Assembly: GCA_038210375.1 (NCBI GenBank)
Contig: JBBQWT010000004.1
Location: forward strand, 101,343 to 165,342
DNA length: 64,000 nucleotides
Source: Terriglobales bacterium
Lineage (GTDB): Bacteria; Acidobacteriota; Terriglobia; Terriglobales; Acidobacteriaceae
Direction: 5' to 3'
In this document: in pieces, positions 9,854 through 18,800 of the stretch
How the letters are laid out: every line of letters begins with the position of its first letter
How positions within the stretch are numbered: position 1 is the stretch's first letter
Program-made: the position numbers and the translations under genes
Notes under the pieces: model-generated
The model's database searches: none
The model's input: the letters and a program-made list of their open reading frames with translations, nothing else
Told to the model about the DNA's origin: nothing

Positions 9854-9918
9854 ATCCCGTTTGAGGGACTGCCTGGAGTGGTTCCAAATTCCAGGCTGTG
9901 CAGTCAACCGCCGCTGAC

Positions 9919-11520
9919 CTACCGACCCGAGATTTTCTCGCCAATCGATTTTGCCTGCGAGAACAGGTGCAGGTAGTCGGGGCCGCCGGCCTTGGAATCG
10001 GTGCCTGACATATTGAACCCGCCGAAGGGGTGGGCGCCCACCATGGCGCCGGTGCATTTGCGATTGATGTAGAGGTTGCCGACGTGGAAGTCGCGCTTGG
10101 CGCGGTCGAGCTTTTCCCGGGATGAGGAATACACCGCCCCGGTCAGGCCAAACTCGGTGTTGTTGGCGATGGCCAGGGCGTCTTCAAAGTTGCTGGACTT
10201 AATGATAGCCAGCACCGGCCCGAAGATTTCTTCCTGCGCCAGACGCGCATCGGGCGCGATGTCGGCGATCACCGTGGGCTCGATGTAGTAGCCATCGCCC
10301 GCGCTGCTGGAGCGGCCGCCGCCGGTGATGACTCGTCCTTCGCTGCGTCCGATCTCGATATATTTCAAGATGGAATTCATGGCGTTCTCGTTGACCACCG
10401 GGCCCATGGCCGCGTTGCCCGCGGGATCGCCCAACTGGATCTTGTTGACCTTATCGCGGACGCGTTCCACGAACACGTCGTAGACCCTGGCATCCACGAT
10501 GGCGCGCGAGCATGCCGAGCATTTTTGTCCCTGGAAGCCAAAGGCGGCCTGCACCACGCCTTCCGCGGCGGCATCGATATCGGCGTCGGCATCGACCACG
10601 ATCGAATCCTTGCCGCCCATCTCGAGGATGGTGCGCTTGATCCAGATCTGGCCGGGACGGGCTTGTGCGGCGCGCGCATTGATATCGAGCCCAACTTCCT
10701 TGGAGCCGGTGAAAGCGATGAAACGGGTCTTGGGGTGCTCGACGATGGCGTTGCCGAAGGTGGCCCCGGAACCAGGGCAGAAATTGACCACCCCGTCAGG
10801 CAAGCCCGCCTGCTGCAGCACTTCAAAGAAGCGCGCGGCAATGGTAGGAGAATCACTCGAAGGCTTGAGGATGACGGTATTGCCGCACACCACCGCCGCC
10901 ATGGTCATGCCCGCCATGATGGCGCAGGGAAAATTCCATGGCGGAATCACCGCGCCCACTCCGAGCGGAATGTAAACCAGTTGGTCGTGTTCTCCGGGCA
11001 ACTGCACCGCGGCCTGGGACTGGCTGAGCCGCAGGGCCTCGCGCGCGTAGAAATCGCAAAAATCAATGGTCTCGGCGATATCGGCGTCCGCTTCCACCCA
11101 GTTCTTGCCCACCTCGTACACCATCCAGGCGGCAAACTCGAACTTGCGCTGCCGCAGTAAATCGGTGACCCGGGTAAGTACTCCGACGCGATCGGTGACC
11201 GAACTGAGCCGCCAGGTGGCGAATGCCGTCAGCGCGGCTTGCATCGCCGGTTCCACGTGTTCCGGTCCCGCCTTTTGATGGGTCCCCACCAGTTCCGCGG
11301 GATTGGCGGGGTTGAACGACTTGATTTTTCCTTCGGTCTTGATCTGCCGGCCGCCGATGACGAGGTCGTACTCGCGTCCTAATTCGCCTTTCACCCGCGC
11401 CAGCGCCTGCCTCATCTTGCGGGCATGATCCGCGTCGCTGAAATCAGTGAGAGGCTCGTTGCGAAACGGACCGCTGAGTGTGGATGCTGTAGTGGAGGGA
11501 GTGTATTCTGCGGTGGCCAT
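9919..11520 (-). CDS. pruA: L-glutamate gamma-semialdehyde (1-pyrroline-5-carboxylate) dehydrogenase
   Basis: The N-terminus FRNEPLTDFSD...YDLVIGG...SFNPANP resembles RocA/PruA-type P5CDH. Aldehyde dehydrogenase motifs ILEMGGKDS and FGFQGQKCSACSR (catalytic Cys) are present. Confidence 0.85.
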   Translation of the reverse strand: MATAEYTPSTTASTLSGPFRNEPLTDFSDADHARKMRQALARVKGELGREYDLVIGGRQIKTEGKIKSFNPANPAELVGTHQKAGPEHVEPAMQAALTAFATWRLSSVTDRVGVLTRVTDLLRQRKFEFAAWMVYEVGKNWVEADADIAETIDFCDFYAREALRLSQSQAAVQLPGEHDQLVYIPLGVGAVIPPWNFPCAIMAGMTMAAVVCGNTVILKPSSDSPTIAARFFEVLQQAGLPDGVVNFCPGSGATFGNAIVEHPKTRFIAFTGSKEVGLDINARAAQARPGQIWIKRTILEMGGKDSIVVDADADIDAAAEGVVQAAFGFQGQKCSACSRAIVDARVYDVFVERVRDKVNKIQLGDPAGNAAMGPVVNENAMNSILKYIEIGRSEGRVITGGGRSSSAGDGYYIEPTVIADIAPDARLAQEEIFGPVLAIIKSSNFEDALAIANNTEFGLTGAVYSSSREKLDRAKRDFHVGNLYINRKCTGAMVGAHPFGGFNMSGTDSKAGGPDYLHLFSQAKSIGEKISGR

Positions 11521-11620
11521 GGCGATGTCGTCCTTTTTAATTCAGTGCGTTGCCGGCGGACTCTGAAGGCGCCCTGCCCGCTGCCGGGAGAGTGAGTATC
11601 TTAACATTGGGAAGCGGCCC

Positions 11621-14600
11621 TTAGAATTCGGCTTGCGAGTCAGAGGCCATGCGCTCCAGCTTGTCCCAGGCAAAGGCTTTTCCGTCGAAGGCGCGCTTTA
11701 GGGTTTTGAACAGCACCACCGAAAAAAGCTGGCGATAGGTGAAGCGCTGCAGCCAGATATGGGCCAGCAGCCAGTAGTCGCTGCGCGTGCTGGTGGAGCG
11801 CCGCTCCAGAAGCACGGCGATGGCCGACGCCACAAAATCAATCACCAGGAAGACCAGGAAGAACACCAGCAGCCTCACGAAATCGGTGGTGTTGCTGGTG
11901 TCCGGATGAAAATACCGTTCCATCAGGAACTTAATCGTGCCGAACACGAACATCAGATCGATGAACGGGGAGACCAGCGGCAGCATGATCTGGAAGATGA
12001 CGATGTTGGGCAGCGCCACCCAGCCCAGGGTGCCGCGATGGCCGAAGGCGCCGCGATGTTTCCACACCGACTGCAGGATGCCGAACGACCAGCGAAAACG
12101 CTGGCGGATCAATCCCCTGGCGCTGATGGGGGCTTCGGTGAAGGCAATGGCGCGGTCTTCATACACCACATGCGAACCCATCTGCAGCAATGACATGGTA
12201 AGGTCGGCATCCTCGGCCACGGTGTGCAACGGATAGCCGCCTGCCTGGCGCACCGCTGACACCCGCCAGGCCCCGATGGCGCCGGGAACCACGGTGACCG
12301 CGCCAAAAGTATTAAGCGCGCGGCGCTCGAAGTTCTGGCTGGTGAGATATTCCAGGGCCTGCCAGCGCGTCCACAGGTTGATGCGGTTGCCCACTTTGGT
12401 ATTTCCCGCCACCGCCGCCACGCGGGGCACGGCGAAGTGGGGAAGCAGCAGGGAAATCGCGTTGGAGGCGATTTCGGTATCGGCGTCGATGCCAACGAAA
12501 AAATCTTCGGTTACGTGGGCCAGCCCGTGGTTGAGGGCTTCGGCCTTGCCGGCGTTGGGTTGGCTGATGACCAGAAGTTTTCCCGCGGCAATCTCCGGGG
12601 CGAAGCAGCGGTGAGTCACTTCGAGGGTGGAATCGGTGGAGCCGTCGTCCACCATAATGATGCGCATGTGGGGGTAATCGGACGCGAGCACTGACCTGAT
12701 GGTGCGCTCAATACCCAGTTCCTCGCTATAGGCGGGAATCAGCACCGCCACCGGAGCGGTAAAAGGCAGCAAAAGCCGCGGATCCGGCTTCCGCAACCGA
12801 TCATAAATGGCGAGGATGCCGATGAAGATGAGGCGCGCCGTCATCAGGGCATCGCCCAGAAAAAACACCAGCTCGATGCCCGCGCCGGAAAGATCCCATA
12901 GCCAGAACGCGATGTCATCCACCTGCGCGCCCACGCGTTCGTTGGCCGAGATCGCGGGCATCACGTCGGAACGCTGCTTGCCCAGCAACGCCGATACGGG
13001 CACGAGCTCGTAGCCGCGCGACCGCAACTCATCGATCAATATGGGCAGCGCCTTAACGGTTTCGCTGCGGTCGCCTCCGCCGTCGTGCAGCAGCACGATA
13101 TTACCCAGGGGAAGCTGCTCGATGACGCGCCTTACGATTTCGTCGGCGGAGGTATGCGGATTGTCCTTCCAATCGTTGGGATCGATCTTGGTCCCCACCG
13201 TGATATAGCCCATCTGCTGCACGACTTCCAGCGGTTTGACCTCGTCCGCGGTGTCAGGCTCCTGGTCAATCGAATAGGGCGGGCGGAAATACAAAGGCTT
13301 GACTCCGAGCTTGGCGGCAAACAGGCGCTCGGTAAGGTTCAGCTCAACTTCCATATAGCGCCGCGAAACTTCGCTGATGTCAGGATGAGTGAAGGTGTGG
13401 TTGCCGATCTCGTGCCCTTCGTCGAACACCTGGTTAGTAAGCGAGCTGAAATCGCGCGCCGCAGAGCCGATCATGAAGAAGGTCCCCTTGACCTTCCTGG
13501 CCTTCAGCACCGCCAGTATCTTCGGGGTAAAAGTCGGGTCCGGCCCATCGTCGAAGGTCAGCGCAATCAGTTTGGGCGTGGCGCCGAACTGGTGCAGCTC
13601 ATAGGGGGTGGGAAACGAGGAGATGGTTTCCCCAACGATCAGGCCGGTGGCGGCATCCAGTTTCACGCTGCGCACGCCGGGCGTGGGCTTGCGCTCAATT
13701 ACCAGTATCTCGCCGGCGCCTTCGGTGTCCACGTCCTGGCCGGAGGGCATGATATTCAGCTTAGAGGGAGAATCGGCGCTGGAGGGGCTGTCCCACACCG
13801 CCCACATGGAGCGATCTTCGGCGCCGAGGCGCCACAACGCAAATGTGCGCAGGCCCAATTGGCGGGCCGCGCGCATCTGGTTCAGCGTGGTCACCGCATC
13901 GAGATACCAGACATCGTGGCGGTCTTCGTTTTCATCGCTATAAGCGTAGTGCGGGTTCAGGGTATCGGGGTCGAGCTGGATGTTCGATTCCGATTCCTGC
14001 GCGTGCAGCCACGCTTCCTGGGTGGAAATGGTCTGCACGTCGGCGGCCGTGGCCGGGATGTTTTTCTTCGGAGTGCGCCAGTCATAACCGTAGCTACCCA
14101 GCGCACAGATGAGTTTTTCGCGGGGAATCAGTTTCAGCGTGCGCGCCAGGTTTTTGGTGAACCAATCCTGCGCGGCCACCGGGCCCGGTTTCCCCGGGCC
14201 CTGGTGCTGGTCGTAGTTCATCAAAATCAATCCGTCGGACTGCTGGGCCAGGTACGCATAGTCATAGTCATCATCGCTGGCGGGCACGTTTACATATAGC
14301 TTCATGCCGCGGGCGTGGAGGTCGCCGCCCAGTTCGCTGATCAGCGCCTTGAACCCGGCCTGGGCGGAGCGGGGAATTTCTTCGAAGTCGATGCAGATGC
14401 CGCGATAGGCGCCGCTCGACAGAAATGCGCCGATTTCGCGGCGGAAGCGCTCGCGGCTGGCCGAACTGCTGAGGAAATCGCCCACCGCCGGCATGAATTG
14501 CCGGGAGACGGCGTCGAAATTGTTGACCAGGGGAAAGACTTCGGTTTCCGCCTTCACGCTCTTGAGAAATGGCATTACTTTCTCATCCACCGGAAGGATC

Positions 14601-15157
14601 TTGCTGCCTGAAATCACATCAAACTGGCGGTTGTCGGGGCTGACGCCCTGCAAGCGGCCGTCGGGCGTGAGCACGTGCAGCCATTCGGGATACAGAATGT
14701 CGATCTGGTGAACGTATTCTTTCAGTGAGGAAAAGCTGCCGGCGTCCCAGTTGACGTAGAACGCCGCGCGAATTCCTTCCTCGGTGTTGAGTACGACTTG
14801 CGAGGGCGGCGACGTGGTCTTGCGGCGCGCCGGACGAGGCGGCCGCGGACGCTCGGTTCCCACCAGGGTGTGATAAGGGTGCTGCGGGTGCGGCAGCAGC
14901 AGGGCGGGGAGACTCTCTCCGCGCAAGGCGGTGAACACGAACACAATCAGCACCAGAGAAAGCATGACCGCGGAAGCATCCAGCAACCGCCGTAACCGCT
15001 TCCAGCGTTTGCGATCAGGGTCGTAAAATACCGCTTTCTGCATGCTGATAGGGTCTTTTTTCATCGTATCTTCGGGTTCCGGCAACGTCAAACCAACCGG
15101 TACACGTGATCTTAATAGTAGGAAGCGAGGTGTAGTCTCGGAGTGCCCTTGGAACAA
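11621..15157 (-). CDS. Multidomain exopolysaccharide synthase: TM anchor, GH18-like domain, CE4 (NodB) polysaccharide deacetylase, processive family-2 glycosyltransferase and C-terminal TM channel
   Basis: GH18-like ...RGICIDFEEI (DxE-type motif, ~nt 14380-14400). CE4 motifs LTFDDGPDP (~13537-13564), HTFTHP, YFRPPY and IVLLHDGG. GT2 motifs VDDGSTDST (~12635-12655), GIDADTE, EDADLT and QRFRWSFG (~12080-12105). The likely real start is MKKDPISMQ at 15064. Confidence 0.85.
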   Translation of the reverse strand: MFQGHSETTPRFLLLRSRVPVGLTLPEPEDTMKKDPISMQKAVFYDPDRKRWKRLRRLLDASAVMLSLVLIVFVFTALRGESLPALLLPHPQHPYHTLVGTERPRPPRPARRKTTSPPSQVVLNTEEGIRAAFYVNWDAGSFSSLKEYVHQIDILYPEWLHVLTPDGRLQGVSPDNRQFDVISGSKILPVDEKVMPFLKSVKAETEVFPLVNNFDAVSRQFMPAVGDFLSSSASRERFRREIGAFLSSGAYRGICIDFEEIPRSAQAGFKALISELGGDLHARGMKLYVNVPASDDDYDYAYLAQQSDGLILMNYDQHQGPGKPGPVAAQDWFTKNLARTLKLIPREKLICALGSYGYDWRTPKKNIPATAADVQTISTQEAWLHAQESESNIQLDPDTLNPHYAYSDENEDRHDVWYLDAVTTLNQMRAARQLGLRTFALWRLGAEDRSMWAVWDSPSSADSPSKLNIMPSGQDVDTEGAGEILVIERKPTPGVRSVKLDAATGLIVGETISSFPTPYELHQFGATPKLIALTFDDGPDPTFTPKILAVLKARKVKGTFFMIGSAARDFSSLTNQVFDEGHEIGNHTFTHPDISEVSRRYMEVELNLTERLFAAKLGVKPLYFRPPYSIDQEPDTADEVKPLEVVQQMGYITVGTKIDPNDWKDNPHTSADEIVRRVIEQLPLGNIVLLHDGGGDRSETVKALPILIDELRSRGYELVPVSALLGKQRSDVMPAISANERVGAQVDDIAFWLWDLSGAGIELVFFLGDALMTARLIFIGILAIYDRLRKPDPRLLLPFTAPVAVLIPAYSEELGIERTIRSVLASDYPHMRIIMVDDGSTDSTLEVTHRCFAPEIAAGKLLVISQPNAGKAEALNHGLAHVTEDFFVGIDADTEIASNAISLLLPHFAVPRVAAVAGNTKVGNRINLWTRWQALEYLTSQNFERRALNTFGAVTVVPGAIGAWRVSAVRQAGGYPLHTVAEDADLTMSLLQMGSHVVYEDRAIAFTEAPISARGLIRQRFRWSFGILQSVWKHRGAFGHRGTLGWVALPNIVIFQIMLPLVSPFIDLMFVFGTIKFLMERYFHPDTSNTTDFVRLLVFFLVFLVIDFVASAIAVLLERRSTSTRSDYWLLAHIWLQRFTYRQLFSVVLFKTLKRAFDGKAFAWDKLERMASDSQAEF

Positions 15158-16729
15158 AGTTTAAGCGGCGTCCGCGAATTCGCAGCGGCAATCCGCGAAT
15201 TTATTTATATTCGCACCGTGCGTTTTTCCTCACTCCACCATCGCCGCTTGATTCTGGCGGCCCTCCTGGCCGGCCTGGCGTTGCGTCTGTTCTTTGTGTT
15301 GCGTCATCCTCTGATAACTTTTGATGCTTCCGTGTACGGTGATATCGCCAAAAACTGGCTGCTGAGCGGAACCTTCGGCATGACTGAAAATGGGGTGGCG
15401 GCGCCCACCCTCATCCGCCTGCCGGGCTACCCGGCGTTTTTGGCGATGGTGTGGCTGTTGAGCGGAATCGAGCACTATCGCGCGGTGGAATTGACCCAGG
15501 TGGTGATCGATCTGGGCGGATGTTTTGTGATTGCCGGAATCGCGCGCCAGCTTCTCAACCAGCGCGCGGCGCTCATCGCCTTCGTGATGGCGGCGCTTTG
15601 TCCTTTTCTTGCCAACTATGTCGCCATTCCCCAGACCGAAACCCTGGCAATTTTTTTCTCGGGAGCGGCGCTTTATTCAGCGCAGCGCGCTCTCCGAGAA
15701 GCCCGCTGGGCAAAGTGGATTGCCGGCTGCGGATCTTCCGTCGCCGCCGCCATCCTCATGCGTCCTGATGGCGTGATCCTGCTGGCCGCGATCGGCAGCT
15801 ACCTCTTGTGGCATGGTCTGGGTCCGCGGCGCGGCAGGAAGCAGGCATTTGATAAATTCGCGGCGGGGGCGACGGGAAATGTGGGGCGCACCCTAACGGC
15901 GGGACTCCTGCTGGGCGCGTGCGCGCTGCTGCCGCTGGTCCCGTCTACAGTGCGCAACTGGAACGTATTTCACCAGTTCCAGCCGCTCGCTCCGCGCTAC
16001 GCCAACGCACCGGGGGAATTTGTTCCCCACGGATTTCATCGCTGGGTGAAAACCTGGATCGTGGACTATGTATCCACAGAAGAATTGTTCTGGAAGATTT
16101 CCGCCGATGTTCCCGGAGAGATGGTGGATGCGGGCAAGCTCCCGGACCGCGCCTTCGACGACCCCGGGCAACGCGCCGAAACCAGCCGGTTGTTTGACGA
16201 GTACAACCTCAACCAGGTAATCACCCCGCAAATCGACTCTGAGTTTGCCCTCCTGGCGGGAAAACGGGTCGAACATGCGCCGCTGGGTTATTACCTGTGG
16301 CTGCCGGCGTTACGAGTAGCGGATATGTGGATGCGGCCTCGCACCGAGATGCTGCCTATTGAATCGCGCTGGTGGGAATATGAAAATCACGAGGGAGAAT
16401 CGCAGATCGCGATCACCATGCTGCTGTTGAATGCGGCCTTACTGTTCACCGCACTGGCAGCGCCGATCGCAGCGCGCAAAATGAGCAGGGAAGCTTCCAT
16501 CGCGGGCGCAGCACACACCGGGCTGCAAAATCCGGGCCTGCTGTTCATGTTCATCTTTCTGCGCTCGGTGTTGCTGGCGTCGCTGGAAAATCCCGAGCAG
16601 CGTTACACGCTGGAATGTTTTCCCGCGGTGATTGCGCTGTCGGCGGCCACGCTTGCCTGCCTGCCGCCCATATGGAAACGTTTTGTCCCGGCGAAGGCCG
16701 CGAGAATCCAAGACCAACAAGCGGCGTAA
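15143..16729 (+). CDS. GT-C fold membrane glycosyltransferase (ArnT/PMT-like, family 39/83 type)
   Basis: About 10 predicted TM segments. The N-terminal pattern RLFFVLRHPLITFDASVYGDIAKNWL...PGYPAFLA is typical of ArnT/PMT_2-type enzymes. Divergent from the synthase gene. The start is uncertain (GTG at 15143 or 15218). Confidence 0.65.
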   Translation: MPLEQSLSGVREFAAAIREFIYIRTVRFSSLHHRRLILAALLAGLALRLFFVLRHPLITFDASVYGDIAKNWLLSGTFGMTENGVAAPTLIRLPGYPAFLAMVWLLSGIEHYRAVELTQVVIDLGGCFVIAGIARQLLNQRAALIAFVMAALCPFLANYVAIPQTETLAIFFSGAALYSAQRALREARWAKWIAGCGSSVAAAILMRPDGVILLAAIGSYLLWHGLGPRRGRKQAFDKFAAGATGNVGRTLTAGLLLGACALLPLVPSTVRNWNVFHQFQPLAPRYANAPGEFVPHGFHRWVKTWIVDYVSTEELFWKISADVPGEMVDAGKLPDRAFDDPGQRAETSRLFDEYNLNQVITPQIDSEFALLAGKRVEHAPLGYYLWLPALRVADMWMRPRTEMLPIESRWWEYENHEGESQIAITMLLLNAALLFTALAAPIAARKMSREASIAGAAHTGLQNPGLLFMFIFLRSVLLASLENPEQRYTLECFPAVIALSAATLACLPPIWKRFVPAKAARIQDQQAA

Positions 16730-16804
16730 ATTAAGCCGGCCGGCTACCCTCCCGCCATCGCTCCCAGAATGATGAACGGCACATCGCCGAATACCAACTA
16801 CCAT

Positions 16805-17262
16805 GTCCTTTAGGGCAGAGGAACAGGCTTTCTGTGTCCATCAGGACAGAGGAACACGCTTTATATATTCATCGGGACAGAAGTACGCGTTTTATACGAA
16901 TTGTCATTCCGAGCGGAGCCGAGAAACCTTTTGTTTCCTGTGAGCAATCCGCGTTACCTGCCTCGCCGCACAATCAAAGAAACGCCGCTCAGATTCTACG
17001 CGCAGCCTGCCGTTGACGCTTATCGCGGAAAGGAAACAATTCTTTCACCAGGAGAAGAGCACCAATCCTCACGGATCTCGATTTCGAGTAATAAACCCGG
17101 GAATATCTCCCGGGTTTCAGGTAGATCAAAGGCAGGCTGCGCATAGAACCAGTTCAAATGCCCGGTAAATCCATTGATTCAAACTGACACTCCAGCCACC
17201 TTTAAGAAACAAAGGATTCCTCGGCATCGCTCGGAAAGACAATTCATATTGAACGTGTGAAT
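16805..17262. repeat. MITE-like nested-palindrome element, copy A (345-bp core 16901-17245 plus ~32-bp degenerate tandem units on the left flank)
   Basis: Terminal inverted repeats are TTGTCATTCCGAGCGGAGCCGAGAAACCTTTTGTTTC (16901-16937) and GAAACAAAGGATTCCTCGGCATCGCTCGGAAAGACAA (17206-17242). An internal inverted pair is CTACGCGCAGCCTGCC / GGCAGGCTGCGCATAG. The central perfect hairpin is AAACCCGGGA-ATATC-TCCCGGGTTT (17092-17116). Homologous to 48411-48755 in the opposite orientation. Confidence 0.85.
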
Positions 17263-17279
17263 GCTTCCCGCAAGCCTGC

Positions 17280-17576
17280 CTAACCCCCAGCGATCGCTCC
17301 CAGAATAATGAACGGCTCATCGCCGGAAACTACTTTTGCGGGCAGCGCGAAGTCCGGGGCCTCGTGGGACAGATCTTCCTCGCAGGCGAAGAACCTCAGG
17401 AACGGGCGGCGCTTGCGGGTGACGTGGTCGCGGATGGTCCCCTCCAGCACCGGATAGCGGGCTTCGAGCGCCTCCAATACCGACCGCAGAGTCGGTTGGC
17501 CTTCAACCTCAAGCTGCACCTCGCTGCCGGTGTGGGAGAGGGTGCGCAGGTGGGGAGGCAGCACCACGCGAATCAT
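17280..17576 (-). CDS. MoaD/ThiS-family ubiquitin-like beta-grasp protein ending in Gly-Gly
   Basis: 98 aa with the C-terminus ...[10 protein letters not shown] directly before the stop. MoaD-like pattern ([11 protein letters not shown]...V.L.V...TL..VLEAL...YP.L). ATGA overlap with the upstream BNR gene. Confidence 0.75.
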   Translation of the reverse strand: MIRVVLPPHLRTLSHTGSEVQLEVEGQPTLRSVLEALEARYPVLEGTIRDHVTRKRRPFLRFFACEEDLSHEAPDFALPAKVVSGDEPFIILGAIAGG

Positions 17577-18721
17577 GAAAGGGTCTGCACCTCGACCGAA
17601 AGCACCGCCGGCAAGTCGCGGACGATCGCGGTCCAGTGGTCTCCGGCATCAGGTGAGGCATACACCTGGCCGCCGGTGGTGCCGAAATATATTCCGCAGG
17701 AATCGAGCGAATCCACCGCCATGGCGTCGCGTAGAACGTTGACGTAGCAATCGCTTTGCGGCAGGCCGTTGGTGAGCGCCTCCCACTCGTTGCCGCCGCT
17801 GCGGCTGCGATACACCCGTAGTTTCCCTTCCATGGGATAGTGCTCCTGATCACTCTTGATGGGCACCACATAAATGGTTTCCGGCTGGTGGGCGTGAACG
17901 TCGATGACGAAGCCAAAGTCGGTGGGCAGGTTTCCGCTGATCTCATGCCACGAATCGCCGGCATCGTCGCTGCGCATCACGTCCCAATGCTTCTGCATGA
18001 AGAGTGTCTCGGGCTTGGACTTGTGCTGGGCGATGCGGTGAACGCAGTGCCCCACTTCGGCCTTGGGGTCGGGAATGTATTCCGATCGCAACCCCTGGTT
18101 GATGGGACGCCAGGTGGCGCCCTCGTCTTCGCTGCGAAACGCGCCGGCGGCGGAGATGGCAATGAACATTCGGCCGGGCCGGGTGGGATCGAGAAGGATG
18201 GTATGCAGGCACAATCCACCGGCGCCCGGCTGCCAGCTGGGTCCGGTGCCGTGTTCGCGCAAGCCGGAAAGTTCGTGCCATGTCTGTCCCGCATCGGTGG
18301 AGCGGAACAAGGCCGCATCCTCCACCCCGGCGTAAACCGTGTCAGGGTTGGTCAGGGACGGCTCCAGGTGCCAGACGCGCTTGAATTCCCACGGGTGAGG
18401 GGTGCCGTCGTACCACTGGTGAGTACCGGGCACGCCGTCATAGACGAACTTGTTGCCCACCGGCGCCCAGTTTGCGCCTCCATCGTCGGAGCGCTGGATC
18501 AGCTGGCCGAACCATCCACTGGTCTGCGACGTGTACAGGCGGTTGGGATCGGCCGGCGAACCTTTCAGGTGATAGATTTCCCAGCCGGCAAAGTGGGGCC
18601 CGCTCACTGCCCACTTATCGCGTTTACCATCCGACGTCAGAATGAACGCGCCCTTGCGCGTTCCCACCAGCACTCGAACCTGACTCATTGATTCCTCCCG
18701 TACGTAAAAGCTTCGCATCAC
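17573..18721 (-). CDS. BNR/Asp-box repeat beta-propeller protein, no signal peptide
   Basis: Five Asp-boxes: [32 protein letters not shown] and SPDAGDHW. There is no N-terminal hydrophobic signal. Confidence 0.8.
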   Translation of the reverse strand: MMRSFYVREESMSQVRVLVGTRKGAFILTSDGKRDKWAVSGPHFAGWEIYHLKGSPADPNRLYTSQTSGWFGQLIQRSDDGGANWAPVGNKFVYDGVPGTHQWYDGTPHPWEFKRVWHLEPSLTNPDTVYAGVEDAALFRSTDAGQTWHELSGLREHGTGPSWQPGAGGLCLHTILLDPTRPGRMFIAISAAGAFRSEDEGATWRPINQGLRSEYIPDPKAEVGHCVHRIAQHKSKPETLFMQKHWDVMRSDDAGDSWHEISGNLPTDFGFVIDVHAHQPETIYVVPIKSDQEHYPMEGKLRVYRSRSGGNEWEALTNGLPQSDCYVNVLRDAMAVDSLDSCGIYFGTTGGQVYASPDAGDHWTAIVRDLPAVLSVEVQTLS

Positions 18722-18783
18722 TCAACATCGCAATAGTTGCCTGGCAAGAGCCCGGGGTTTCGAGTGAATGAGCGGTTACAGAT

Positions 18784-18789
18784 TATAAT
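18784..18789 (+). promoter_or_regulatory. Perfect TATAAT box 11 nt upstream of the kinase ATG; candidate near-leaderless promoter
   Basis: TATAAT at 18784-18789 and ATG at 18801, with no SD-like sequence between them. No convincing -35 box. Confidence 0.3.
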
Positions 18790-18800
18790 CCGCTTTACCT

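Noticed and set aside
9581-10057. ORFs 9581-9775, 9756-9944 and 9785-10057
   Set aside because: They read through the 48-bp inverted arms, giving the same DDPRPHRGEEG / DDPRLYRGEEE peptide on both strands, and they overlap the 3' end of pruA.
13085-14299. 404-aa plus-strand ORF inside the giant synthase gene
   Set aside because: It is antisense to the CE4 and GH18-like domains, which carry unambiguous motifs on the minus strand.
16805-16938. CRISPR-like appearance of the ~32-bp tandem units
   Set aside because: The units are degenerate and directly adjacent, with no unique spacers. They merge into the terminal repeat of the palindromic element, and no cas genes are present.
16834-17320. Three 60-81-aa ORFs (16834-17016, 16901-17146, 17126-17320), plus four at 48481-48799
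   Set aside because: They lie inside the palindromic elements and yield mirror-image peptides (for example ...ETPLRFYA...SKAGCA on both strands and in both copies). This is expected from inverted repeats, not from coding sequence.
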